DNA of 64,000 bases from Eledone cirrhosa (taxonomy: Eukaryota): positions 163,866,001 to 163,930,000 of the forward strand of contig OZ024743.1 of the NCBI GenBank assembly GCA_964016885.1, written 5' to 3'. A program made the translations under genes and the position numbers. Below are positions 24,023-35,635 of the stretch, one piece after another. Positions within the stretch are counted from its first letter, which is position 1. Each line of letters opens with the position of its first letter. Under the pieces are notes generated by a model. The model was not told where the DNA came from. It worked only from the letters and a program-made list of their open reading frames with translations, and made no database searches.

Positions 24023-26284
24023 TATATATAATGTTCATAGTTTGAAGACCAAGATGGCCATAAATCAGAATAGTACTCAATTCATATTGAATTGCAGAGT
24101 AGGTATAATTATGAGATATAGTCTCAACAGGGCACCCTCTTCGTTTTGCCCTATACTGGGACTATATCTTATAACTGAAGTTAAATAATTGATAATTTTT
24201 GTAAATCCCTCAAAATGTTTAATTAATTAAATAAAATAGTGTAATTTATTGGAAATACTGTCATGAAATGGTTAAATGATGATGAATAAGGGTCTCATTT
24301 GAGGAAAATGCATCTGCTATTTCTTTCAAGTTGAATGTCTGCATAGAGGTAAGTTGTGTTGTTGGCAGTCTATTCAGATATGTCATACCATTTACAGATA
24401 TAGTCTTTCCAAGACTGCCTTCTCCATTATGTCATTTTTTCAACCTTTAATGACTACTCTTGGGTCCCAAATAATAGGGGGGTGGGGTGGAATAAGCAGG
24501 GAGGTTGGAAAATTGCTAATTTTTCTGAGTTGTCTCTCTTGATTTTTTTTTTTTGTAAACCAGAATTAGTTGTTTAGTTTACATATTGAGACACCAACCA
24601 TTCTATTTATTTTATAACATATAACATTTCTGTAATGTTCTTTTTTTTTGTCATGTGCAATGATTTTTAATGTCTAAAGAAGATTAATTGTCACAGGAAT
24701 GCTACCACTTAAAATAAAATTTTACTGGAGATAGATTAGCAAAATTTAATAAGCTGGGGAGTTGTAATAAGACCAGGGGAGGGGACTGGAAAAAATAAAA
24801 TATGCTCTATTTCAATCAATTTGTGAGAAATTTGGAGTGATTTAGTAAAATTGTTAATTAGTTTATTACGATGATACTAACTTAACATATGATTTTAAAA
24901 TAAAATTATGTTGGAATATTTTAATTTAAAATGGAACCCTTTAATACAGGTGCTTTTGTTTCATAGAACCAGAGCTGGTTTTGGCCAGGCTGGTATCAAA
25001 AGGGACAAATAGGAGCGAGATCTACCTGCTTCTTTTAGTAGACTGTGCAACCACATACAGGCTCACTTCATTGGCTCATATAGTAGCTACCATGGTAATG
25101 GCATAACTAGTGGTGTTGGTGGTAGTGATGATTCCCCCTTCTACTTCTTTTCATTATTGCAATTCATACAATAAATTAAATGCCAAACTAGAAATGTTTC
25201 TGTCTAAAGTGATGTGACTGTTCATTACATAAATTATCTGTTCATTAATATTTTTTAAAAATTGTTTATCTTTTTTCTCAGCTTATATATCAGATTCAAT
25301 CTTTGCATTCTAAACCACTTAAGGCCCTTGTTAATTACTTATCTGCTTCAGTACAATTGACATCTACTACAAATCTTCACTCACTTTATTTCCTTCCCTT
25401 ATTGTGTTTTAGAATGTCAAATATATTGTCTCGCAAGTATTTGTTCTATGTTCAAAATCGTGTTTGATATACTCAGATGTTAGACTGAAGCTTTTATCTG
25501 CTATAACACCACCACCTGATCCTTGGATGACTTTAACAGTCAACTGTGTGACAAGCACTTGGATGGGTCTATGTTCTGAAAATACTCTTCTCTCCCCCTA
25601 CACTCTTCTTCCCTCACTAAACAATAAAAAAAAAAAAAGATATTTAGTTAATTTTATCATTCTCACATCAATTGAAAATTAATCTTTTGATTCCCACATG
25701 TCCCACATTCTACCAAATGAACTGTTCCTTATTCTTTATTTATAGCTTCTGGGTTAAAAAAGAAAAACAAAGATTCTTCTTCTTGAATAACATGATGTTA
25801 CAAGTGAGAAGTATTAATCACCTTAATCATCATCATCATAATTATCATTTTCATATGGGCATGTGGAGAACAGGTTGCTACAAAGCAAATCAGTACTTAA
25901 TTGGAGCTGCTGTCTTCTTAGTTAGGTCAGGGGACCACATCTTGCACAGATCATTCCAATTTTCTACAGCTGGATGACCTTCCTAATTCCAACCACTTTC
26001 CAAAGTGTATTGGATGCATTTTAGTATGGTTTGTAAAGCTGAATATCCTTCCTATCACCAACCACTTGAGACAGTGCACTGGTACATTTTTTTATGTCAC
26101 CAATAGAAGCCAGGTTGTTATGTCCTTGACACAATTGAAGACTGCTCATCACCATTTTGGCAGGTTATCTACAACTGGACACCCTACTTATCATCAACCT
26201 CTTTACAGACAGCACCAACAATTCAAAGGTCACATTTCTATAACTGAAGAGTCCTCTTTCCTCTATAGGGTTAGCAATTTATAA

Positions 26285-27108
26285 GAGGATGTTACCAAAT
26301 TAATATTATGCTAGAGATGTTGTTACCAATTTGATATTACACTAGAGATGTTGTTACCTGTTTAATATTACACTAGAGATGTTGTTGCACAGTTAATATT
26401 GCACTAGAGATGTTGTTACCAATTTAATATTGCACTAGAGATGTTACCAGTTTAATATTACACTACAGATGTTACCAATTTAATATGACATTGGAGATGT
26501 TGTTCCAATTTGATATTACACTAGAGCTGTTACCAGTTAAATATTTCATTAGAGATGTTGTTACCAATTTACTATAACATTACAGATGTTGTTACCAATT
26601 TAATATTACACTAGAGATGTTACCAGTTTAATATTACACTAGAGATGTTACAGTTTAATATTACACTAGAGCTGTTACCAGTTTAATATTACACTAGAGC
26701 TGTTACCAGTTTAATATTACACTAGAGATGTTACCAGTTTAATATTAGTCTAGAAATGTTACCAGTTTAATATTACACTAGAGATGTTACCAGTTTAATA
26801 TTACACTAGAGATGTTACCAGTTTAATATTACACTAGAGATGTTACCAGTTTAATATTAGTCTAGAAATGTTACCAGTTTAATATTACACTAGAGATGTT
26901 ACCAGTTTAATATTACACTAGAGATGTTACCAGTTTAATATTACTCTAGAAATGTTACAGTTTAATATTACACTAGAGATGTTACCAGTTTAATATTACA
27001 CTAGAGATGTTACCAGTTTAATATTACACTAGAGATGTTACCAGTTTAATATTACACTAGAGATGTTGTTACCAATATAATATTACACTAGAGATGTTAC
27101 CAATTTAA
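26285..27108. repeat. Minisatellite, 28-bp unit (agagatgttaccagtttaatattacact), ~29 copies
   Basis: Contiguous tandem units, with 31-bp variants carrying an extra tgt. There are no unique spacers. Confidence 0.95.
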
Positions 27109-27432
27109 CACAGTGAAGTTTTATTTCTTTGTTGTTTCTTTTGTGTGTTTAGAGACTGTGACTGGCTGATAAAAGTATTTACTTAACTACTCATCATTTG
27201 ACATCCCTTTTCCAGACTGGCATGTTTTGGACAGGTTGTCATGACCCAAGACCAGATGAGTCGGAGCAATTTCATCTTGCTCATACGTTTCATATTTGGC
27301 ATGGTTTCTATGACCGAATGTCTTTCTTGACACCAACTAACTTACAGAGGTGTACTGGGTTCACTAGAGACATTTCCTCAGGCTCAGCTAGATGGAAGAG
27401 TCCTCTCAAACCTCATATTGTTTCTGTTCCTA

Positions 27433-27470
<38 letters not shown>

Positions 27471-27473
<3 letters not shown>

Positions 27474-29920
27474 TCATCATCATCATCATCAACGTTTAAC
27501 GTCCGTGTTCCACGCTTGCATGGGTTTGGACGGGGGTAGTCCCACTTGAGGCAAGAGTGATTGTCTTGCTCGCATAGGACTGTCTGGCAGGTTTTCTACA
27601 GCTGGATGCCCTTCCTAACACCAACCACATTTACAGTGTGGGTCTGGGAGGTTTTTACCGTGTTGCCTACACGGCCACATTACAGCGTGGACTGTCTGGC
27701 GGGTTTTCTACAGCTGGATGCCCTTCCTAACACCAACCACATTTACAGTGTGGGGCTGGGAGGTTTTTACCGTGTTGCCTACACGGCCACATTACAGCGT
27801 GGACTGTGTGTTTTTTTGTCGTGACACCTACACGATCTCATTTGTTTCGGCCTGGATGGTGTCGCACCAACACAACTTTACATAGAACGGGGTGGCGTGG
27901 ATGGAGTGGGGGTGGTGGGACGGGGGGAGGGGTATGTTGTTAGAGATGCCTACTGGCTGTAGTAGGTTTTACTATGTATTTAGGTAAGGCGGGTCTTCTC
28001 TGTTACTGAGTACCGCCAAAGGTCTCGGTCCAGTGACATTGTCTTGGAGAGGTGTAAGTGTGTGAGGTCGGAGTTTATCAGCTCGTCCCAGGTTTTTCTA
28101 GGTCTGCCTATTCCGTGGCTACCGTCTATCTTTATTGCCCTGCACTTTGTTATACAGCTATCGACTTTCATGCGCATCACGTGTCCATACCAACGTAGCC
28201 TTCTCTCGAGTAAACAACATCTGATCCCTCTTATTTCTAATTTTTTCCTTAGTTCGTTTATGCTTTGCCGTTCACGTATATTACTGTTACACATCCAGCG
28301 GAGCATGCAAGCTTCGTTCCTCTCTAGTCTGCGTATATCCTCTGCACACAATGCCCAGGTCTCACTGCCATGCAACATTGCTGTTCGTATGCAGGCATCG
28401 TACAACCTGCCTTTCATTTTTAGGGAGAACCCTCTAGCGGCTAATAGTGGTATAAGCTCTCTGAACTTTTTCCATCCAGTTCTGACTCTAGCTACTGTAC
28501 TTTCAGAGCACCCTCCCCCACTGCTGATTTTATCACCCAGGTAACGGAAACTGTCCACTATTTCTATAGAACCCTCTGCGCAATTGAAAGAGCTAGTATT
28601 TTGTGGGCACTTGCTGCTACTTATTGCACCAGAGCACGGGCCACATGTAAAATCTATGTTCTTAGTTAGCTTACCTGTGATCCCACTACATCTTTTATGC
28701 ACCCATACTTTGCATTTAGGACATAAAATGGAGTTTCTACCTACGCCTTTCCTACACACCGAGCACGACCATTTCCCAGAAGGGACCGCCGCCTTATTTT
28801 CTTTCCTACAAACTAGAACTTTAGTCTTAGCCAGGTTAATTTTAAGGCCTTTTGATTCTAGGCCGTGCTTCCATGTTTGGAATTTCTTCTCTAGCTCGGC
28901 CATTGATTCCGCTATGAGTGTCAGGTCGTCTGCGTATAGGAGTTCCCATGGGCAGCCGGTCTTGAACTCCTCTGTTATAGCCTGAAGGGCAATAATAAAT
29001 AGTAGGGGGCTGAGAACAGTGCCCTGATGGACGCCAACTTTTACACTAAACTCTTCACTATATTCGTTGTTAATTCTAACCTTGCTGACTGTTTCTTTAT
29101 ACATGGCTTGTATAGCTCTCACATGCCATTCGTCAACGCCTAGTTTTCTAAGAGCCCACCAGATAATGGAGCGGGGGACTCTGTCGAAGGCTTTCTCCAA
29201 GTCGACAAAAGCTAAGTAGAGGGGTTTACCTTTAGCTAGGTACTTCTCCTGTAGTTGTCGTACAATGAAAAGAGCGTCTGTGGTACTTTTGCCTGACACA
29301 AACCCGAACTGCATTTCATCTAGGTCAATTCTCTCTCTGATTAGTTGTGCTATTACTTTTTCCGTGACCTTCATGACCTGGTCGATTAATTTAATGCCTC
29401 TATAGTTACTCCTATCTAGGGCGTCTCCTTTACCCTTATAACAGTTAACGATGATGCTGCTATGCCAGTCCTTCGGAACAACCCCATTCTGTACGACTTG
29501 GTTAACTATGCGGGTGACCATGGTGTGTCCCACCGTGCCAGATGCCTTCAGCATCTCAGCAACTATTTCCGAAGGCCCAGCCGCCTTACCCGTCTTCATA
29601 TCCTTGATTGCCTTACTTATTATACTCCCCTCGACTAACACTGCTGGTCCCTCTATTGGGTCGATATGGGGGAGACTGTCTTTCTCCCATTTATTCTCCT
29701 CATTTAGTAGCCTTTCATAGTGACACTTCCAAGCTACCTTCTTATCAGCGTCGGTGATGGCAAGTGTGCCATCGTCGTTTAGTACACACTTCTCCCCGAC
29801 AATATCACGGTTTTCCTTGACGCATTGCCTAGCAATCCTGAACACCTCACGTTTTTGGTCATCGCGTTGTAGAACATGCTTGAACTTTCTTTCCTCAGCT
29901 TCCCTTCTTGCTAAGTACAC
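27471..29920 (-). mobile_element. RTE LINE (subfamily B), 5'-truncated, young
   Basis: A (CAT)n tail at 27471, a 3' UTR with a 112-bp tandem duplication, an uninterrupted RT ORF, and (TA)n on both sides. Confidence 0.95.
27980..29920 (-). CDS. RTE reverse transcriptase ORF (646 aa, N-terminally truncated) with PHD-like finger
   Basis: Motifs YKGKGD..NYRGIKL, QFGF, FVDLEKAFDRV, GVHQG..LSPLLF, LYADD, GLKIN..KTK, a C4HC3 insert, YLG and HGSETW. The start is the truncation point, not a real initiation codon. Confidence 0.9.
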   Translation of the reverse strand: MYLARREAEERKFKHVLQRDDQKREVFRIARQCVKENRDIVGEKCVLNDDGTLAITDADKKVAWKCHYERLLNEENKWEKDSLPHIDPIEGPAVLVEGSIISKAIKDMKTGKAAGPSEIVAEMLKASGTVGHTMVTRIVNQVVQNGVVPKDWHSSIIVNCYKGKGDALDRSNYRGIKLIDQVMKVTEKVIAQLIRERIDLDEMQFGFVSGKSTTDALFIVRQLQEKYLAKGKPLYLAFVDLEKAFDRVPRSIIWWALRKLGVDEWHVRAIQAMYKETVSKVRINNEYSEEFSVKVGVHQGTVLSPLLFIIALQAITEEFKTGCPWELLYADDLTLIAESMAELEKKFQTWKHGLESKGLKINLAKTKVLVCRKENKAAVPSGKWSCSVCRKGVGRNSILCPKCKVWVHKRCSGITGKLTKNIDFTCGPCSGAISSSKCPQNTSSFNCAEGSIEIVDSFRYLGDKISSGGGCSESTVARVRTGWKKFRELIPLLAARGFSLKMKGRLYDACIRTAMLHGSETWALCAEDIRRLERNEACMLRWMCNSNIRERQSINELRKKLEIRGIRCCLLERRLRWYGHVMRMKVDSCITKCRAIKIDGSHGIGRPRKTWDELINSDLTHLHLSKTMSLDRDLWRYSVTEKTRLT

Positions 29921-29921
29921 T

Positions 29922-29977
<56 letters not shown>

Positions 29978-30034
29978 GTTGCTGTAGGAAAGGTAAAGGA
30001 AAGGATAGTGCTCTATGTAGGCTACAGAGCTATT

Positions 30035-30262
30035 TAGTTATGTAATAAACAACATAAGACAATTATTCCATTTACCAAAGGTTTCAGGAAGACAGACGAG
30101 CTCGACGAAGTCGTCTGAAATCGTTCACCTGAATGAAATTTTATTTTATAAATAAAATTTCATTCTGACGAACGATTTCAGACGTCTGTGTCGAGCTCGT
30201 CTGTCTTCCTGAAACCTTTGGTAAATGGAATAATTTACTTATGTTGTTTATTACATAACTAA
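30035..30262. repeat. ~230-bp near-perfect palindrome (foldback/MITE-like)
   Basis: Arms ttagttatgtaataaacaacataag...gaatgaaattttattt and its reverse complement flank a tiny AT loop at ~30147. Confidence 0.9.
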
Positions 30263-30264
30263 GT

Positions 30265-31185
30265 ATCATCATCACCGTTTTACGTCTGTTCTTCCACACT
30301 AGCGTGGGTTAGACGGGTTGTCCTGTTGTGGGCAGTGTCCGGTCGGCTGACAATGCCTTGCTCATACGGGAACTGATTCTGGCTTGATTTCTACAGCTGG
30401 ATGCCCTTCCTAACACCAACTTCATTTACAGTGAGTGCTGGGTGCTTTTTTTTTCGTGCTGCCTACACATCCACTTTACAGTGTGGGCTGGGTGCTTTTT
30501 TGCCGTGGCACCTTCACGACCACTTTGCAGTGGGAGGGTGTGGGGTCATATTGTCTATATGCTTCAGCTTCAGCTTGTACCCGTGGGGGCCTGGTCTTCT
30601 GTATTACTGCATGACGCCAGAGGTCACGGTCGTGTGTCATCGCCTTTGAGAGGTGTAATTGGGTAAGGTCAGCTTTTATCACCTCATCCCAGGTCTTCTT
30701 GGGTCTCCCCACTCTGCAGTTTCCATCAACTTCTAGTGCTCTGCACCTTTTTATGCATCACATGTCCATACCAATGCAACCGCCTCTCCTGCACACAGCA
30801 TTTGATTCCTCTTATGCTCAGTCTCTCTCTCAATTCATTTATGCTTTGTCATTCGCGTATATTACTATTACACATCCATCGGAGCATGCAGGCTTCGTTT
30901 CTTTCTAATCTACGCAAGTCTTCCACAGACAGCGCCCAGGTCTCACTACCATGTAACATTGCTGTCCGTATACACACATCATACAGTCTGCCTTTCATTT
31001 TGAGGGAAAATCCTTTTGCAGCTAGCAGTGGCAGTAGCTCCCTGAACTTCTTCCATCCCGTTTTTACCCTAGTTATTGTACTTTCCGAACACCCACCTCC
31101 GCTGCTAATTCGGTCACCGAGATAGCAGAAGCTGTCTACTGTTTCTACAGAGCCCTCCCAGAGTTTGGTGGTACTTGTTTCCTAT
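30265..31185 (-). mobile_element. RTE LINE (subfamily A) 3' fragment
   Basis: Encodes YLGDRISSGGGCSES through GRPKKTWDEVIKADL, followed by the 3' UTR and (CAT)n tail. Confidence 0.92.
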
Positions 31186-31190
31186 ATATA

Positions 31191-31765
31191 ATCATCATCA
31201 TCATTTAATGTCCATTTTTCCATGCTGGCATGGGTTCGATCAGTTGTCCTGTTCTGAGCAATGCCAAGTCAGATGACCATGTCTTACTCATACAGAACCG
31301 ATTTGGGCTTGGTTTCTACAGTTGGATGCACCAACCTCATTTACAGTGAGTGCTGAGTGGTGCTTTTTGTTGTGATGCCTACACAACCATTTTACAGTGT
31401 GGGCAGGAGGCTTCACTGGATTTATGCTTCAGCCTGTCCTCATGGGAGATGTGTGGGAGTGGATGAGGTGGTGTGGTGAATTTATATGCTTCAATCTTAG
31501 CCTGAGCCCATGGGAGGTCTGGTCATCTGTAATACTGCATAACACCAAAGATATCGGTCCTGTGTCATCGCTTTTGAGAGGTGCAACTGGGCATGGTCAG
31601 CTTTTATCACCTCGTCCCAAATTTTCCTGGGTCTCCCCACTCCACGGCTTCCATTAACTCTGTGTGCTTTGCACCATTTTATACATCTGCCATCCTTCAT
31701 ACTCATTACATGTCCATATCAATACAATCTCCTCTCCTGCACACTGCATCGGATTCCTCTTATGC
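31191..31765 (-). mobile_element. Older RTE LINE 3' fragment
   Basis: ORF 31497..31706 (RGVGRPRKIWDEVIKAD) plus a diverged 3' UTR. Confidence 0.85.
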
Positions 31766-31817
31766 CTACACATATATATATATATATGTGTGTGTGTTTG
31801 TGTGTATACATATTTAC

Positions 31818-32113
31818 GTGCATGGCTTAGTGGCTAGCAAGCTCGATACACAATCATTAAGTTGCAAGTTCGATATTCGGCCACTTTATTTCACATTACT
31901 CCACTTCACTCTACTGTAGAAATGAGTTTTGACATCACCAGTGCCAAGCTGTATTGGCCTTTGCTTTTCCCTTGAATAACATTGGTGGTATAGAGACTGT
32001 TATACATGGTTGACTGCTGGTCTTCCACAAAAACAGCATCCCCGAGGTTGTGCTTCAGAGGGGAGCTTTCTTGGTGCAAATCCCATTGTCATTCCTGACC
32101 AAAAGGGTCCTTT
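31818..32113 (+). mobile_element. Decayed tRNA/CORE-like SINE with a different tail
   Basis: A box catggcttagtgg, B box gttcgat, and the shared segment cactttatttcacatt..ctgtagaaatgag. Confidence 0.65.
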
Positions 32114-32132
32114 ATTTTCACACACACACACT

Positions 32133-32176
<44 letters not shown>

Positions 32177-32448
32177 TAATTATACATATACAAACGTTTA
32201 TATATATACCCATACACACATACTTCCATCATAATTTTAAAATAGAACCTCTGTTAAGTTATATTCCAAACACAAACTTCACTATGAGATAGTTATTTTA
32301 CTAAATCCCTCCAAATTCTTTATTATTTTCAAAATTATTTGAAAATTAATTAGAAATATGGTTCCAAAACCTTATTTACTTTCTTTATACCCAAAGTGTG
32401 TTAGCCATAACCATCCATTCTGTTGGATGGTCATTATTTCTGGTGAAG

Positions 32449-32632
32449 GTCGGTGGATTGGCAGTATCGGTAGAGGGTAGGACGCCATGCTTTCCAGCAT
32501 AGTTAAGTCCCTTTACAATCTGAGTTCAAATCCCGCCGAGGTTGACTTTGCCTTTCATCCTTACGGGGTCGATAAAATAAAGTACCAGTAATGCACTGGG
32601 TAATTGCTGGCCTTGTGCCTAAAGTAGAAACA
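32449..32632 (+). mobile_element. Full-length Meta-like tRNA SINE with 16-bp TSD
   Basis: Flanked by ATTATTTCTGGTGAAG (32433-32448 and 32633-32648). A box TGGCAGTATCGG and B box GAGTTCAAATCC are present. Confidence 0.9.
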
Positions 32633-33984
32633 ATTATTTCTGGTGAAGCTCGTAGGTGACACTGAGTGGTGATAGCTAGAATATTGGTTTCAGATTTCGT
32701 TTTTCTTTTGAACCCATAACTCCTGGTGTAGTCATAGGGGCACCATAGTGACATACAGCATTCCTTGGGAATTTTCTTCAGCCTGTCAGTGCCCATGTCC
32801 TCTTCAGGTCTGGACATAGCCAATTTCTTCCAGAGAAGGATAGAGAGGAAGTGAGAAAGATATTTGAAGGAAGGATCAATTCTACTATTGGATTAGTACT
32901 CTATTAATCAACCTTGAAAAGATGAAATGCAAAGTTAACCATGGTGGGATTTGAACTCAGAATGCAAGGAGCCAGAAAGAATACCACAAAGCATTCTATT
33001 GGGTGATCTAACGGTTCTGCCAATTCACCACCTTCAAATTTATTAGAGAGAAGTATAAGTTTATTTAATCTTCATACCTTTGTGTTATAGATATTTAAAC
33101 ATTAACTATTTGCTGACCCAGTGGAAATTCCTTGTTTTAATTAGAAACAATTATCAAATATTGAAGATCAATATGACATTTTAAATATTTTATTTATACA
33201 TTATATAAACATAGACACAAACAACTTAATCCTCCTTCGTTGTTGCCACTACCACCACAGCATTTTTTTTTTTTTTTTTTTTTGCTTAAACACTCTTACT
33301 AACCCCTTTCCATTAAGATTTGTTACAGTGTGGGGATTTTCTTTTTAAATGTTTGCGCTGTTGCTACCACCACTGCTGCCAGTCTCTGTCTCTCTTTCTT
33401 TCTCCATCCTCTTTATAGCATGACAGAAGACGTTTTACATGAAATATGCATCAGCTTTAATATAATAGCTGAAATAAAATGAAATTTACAGCTGATTCCT
33501 ATATATTAGAGACAGTTACTTCTGACAGGACCCACTGGAAGGTGTGCTTGATGACTCTGCTCCGACAACCCTCCCAAGAATAAGTAGATGAAGAAAAAGA
33601 AGATAGCTACTGTCAGGTCTCGAATAATTGCCCTCCACCCACCCCACGAAAACATTATATATGACAAAAAAAAGAACATTACAAAAAATCCCATGTTATA
33701 AAGTAAATAGGATGGGTTGGAGTCTCAATATATAAACTAAACAAACAAATTCTCGTCTTTAAAAATAATCAAGAGGAACAACCTAGAAAAATGATCGATT
33801 TTCCACCTATCCATCTATTATTTGGGACTCTTGAGTATATATATATATAGCTGGCTTCCTAAAAGATTGTATCTCATAGAAGGTTTCTTGGATGTTTTAA
33901 AAATAGGAGTCCTTTCATGAAGTGCAGCATGAAATGAAGAATCTTGCTCAAGATCACAGTATATCATCTAGTCTGGGATTTGAT

Positions 33985-34360
33985 ACTACAATCTTACAAT
34001 CAGGAACTGGTACAATAATGCACCAGCTCCAACATTCGATAATCAGAAGAAGGGAGGTAGGTGTAAGAGCGAAACTCGCTATCTTCAATTTGCTACTCAT
34101 GCCAACCTTTACCTATGGTCATGAATCTTGGGTAATGGTCAAAAGAATACAATTGCAAATAGAAGTGACTGAAATGGGATTCCTCCAAAGGGTCTTTGGT
34201 TAGAATGTCTCTGGAAAGAATCACTGGACAGATTTTATGGGCAAAACCAAATGGCAGGAGGCTCACGAGTAGACCCGTGAGCAAGATGGTTGGATAACAT
34301 CCATAAGCTTGGCTGGTCTCACTTGGAGATCCAACCGGATCAGTTGGAAGAAGAAGAAGA
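33985..34360 (+). mobile_element. 3' fragment of the old RTE family seen at 17380-19720
   Basis: MHQLQHSIIRRREVGVRAKLAIF..TYGHESW matches the minus-strand copy near 17500. It ends in (GAA)n. Confidence 0.8.
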
Positions 34361-34511
34361 ACCACCAACTTACAATCATGAGTCCAATACCTTAACCACA
34401 AGGCTATCTCCTTTATACACTGATCTGTCAAAAGAAAGAGTTTCTTTGTTTTGGGGTCTGCTCACTCTTTTATTTTGAAAGAGGTAAAATGTAGAAAAAT
34501 GTAAAAAAAAA

Positions 34512-35300
34512 GTGGTGTTGTTGGTGGTGGTGACAGTAATAGTATTGTTTGTGGTGACGGTAGTAGTGGTGGCGGTGGTGGTGACAGCAATAGTAGTGGT
34601 TGCGGGGGTGGTGTTGTTGGTGGTGGTGACAGTAATAGTAGTGGTTGCGGGGGTGGTGTTGGTGGTGGTGGTGACAGTAATAGTATTGTTTGTGGTGACG
34701 GTAGTAGTGGTGGCGGTGGTGGTGACAGCAATAGTAGTGGTTGCGGGGGTGGTGTTGGTGGTGGTGGTGACAGTAATAGTATTGTTTGTGGTGACGGTAG
34801 TAGTGGTGGTGGTGGTGGTGACAGCAATAGTAGTGGTTGCGGGGGTGGTGTTGGTGGTGGTGGTGACAGTAATAGTATTGTTTGTGGTGACGGTAGTAGT
34901 GGTGGCGGTGGTGGTGACAGTAATAGTAGTGGTTGCGGGGGTGGTGTTGGTGGTGGTGGTGACAGTAATAGTATTGTTTGTGGTGACGGTAGTGGCGGTG
35001 GCGGTGGTGGTGACAGCAATAGTAGTGGTTGCGGGGGTGGTGTTGGTGGTGGTGGTGACAGTAATAGTATTGTTTGTGGTGACGGTAGTGGCGGTGGTGG
35101 TGACAGCAATAGTAGTGGTTGCGGGGGGGGGGGGGGTGACAGTAATAGTAGTGGTTGTGGTGACGGTAGTAGTAGTGGTGGTGGTGTTGATGATGGTAGT
35201 GGTGGTGGTAGTAGTGGTGGCGGTGGTGGTGGTGTTAGTAGTTATAGTAGTTGTGCTGGTGTTGATGATGGTAGTAGTGGTTGGTTATGATGGTAGTAGT
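34512..35300. repeat. GGT-rich minisatellite with ~96-bp higher-order unit, decaying into (GGT/AGT)n
   Basis: Repeating ggtggtgacagtaatagtattgtttgtggtgacggtagtagtggtggcggtggtggtgacagcaatagtagtggttgcggggg. Confidence 0.9.
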
Positions 35301-35635
35301 GATGTCAGTGGTGTTGATTGTAGTAGTAATGTTTGTGGTGTTGTTGGAGGCAATAATGATGGTGGTGTTGGGGAGGGATGTGAAAAATGTATGTTGGTTC
35401 AAAAGATGTTTCAGTGGGAGGTAAAGATAGGGTGCTTGAGTAAAGAGGGTGTGGCCAGGTAAGTGTAGGGTGGTGGGGTAATGTGGTTGGGAAGTGAAGG
35501 TGGTATTGTACTGTAAGTGGGAGGTGCATTATTCAATAAGGTATGGGAATTTTGCTATTTGGGGTGGGGGGCTAAGCAGTTGCTTTTTATATATCAACTC
35601 TCCCCTCACTTATTCTCACTGTCCTATTATTAAAG

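Noticed and set aside
26285-27108. CRISPR-like array of 28-bp repeats
   Set aside because: Units are contiguous with no unique spacers, there are no cas genes, and the context is eukaryotic.
28044-28985. Antisense ORFs opposite the RTE RT (also at 12855, 13191, 40775 and 61245)
   Set aside because: They are shadows of the sense reading frame with no recognisable motifs, and their starts and ends vary among copies.
34462-35462. Extensin-like SPPPP ORF (215 aa, minus) and poly-Val ORF (316 aa, plus)
   Set aside because: Both are translations of a triplet-based minisatellite. There is no signal peptide, splice context or non-repetitive domain.
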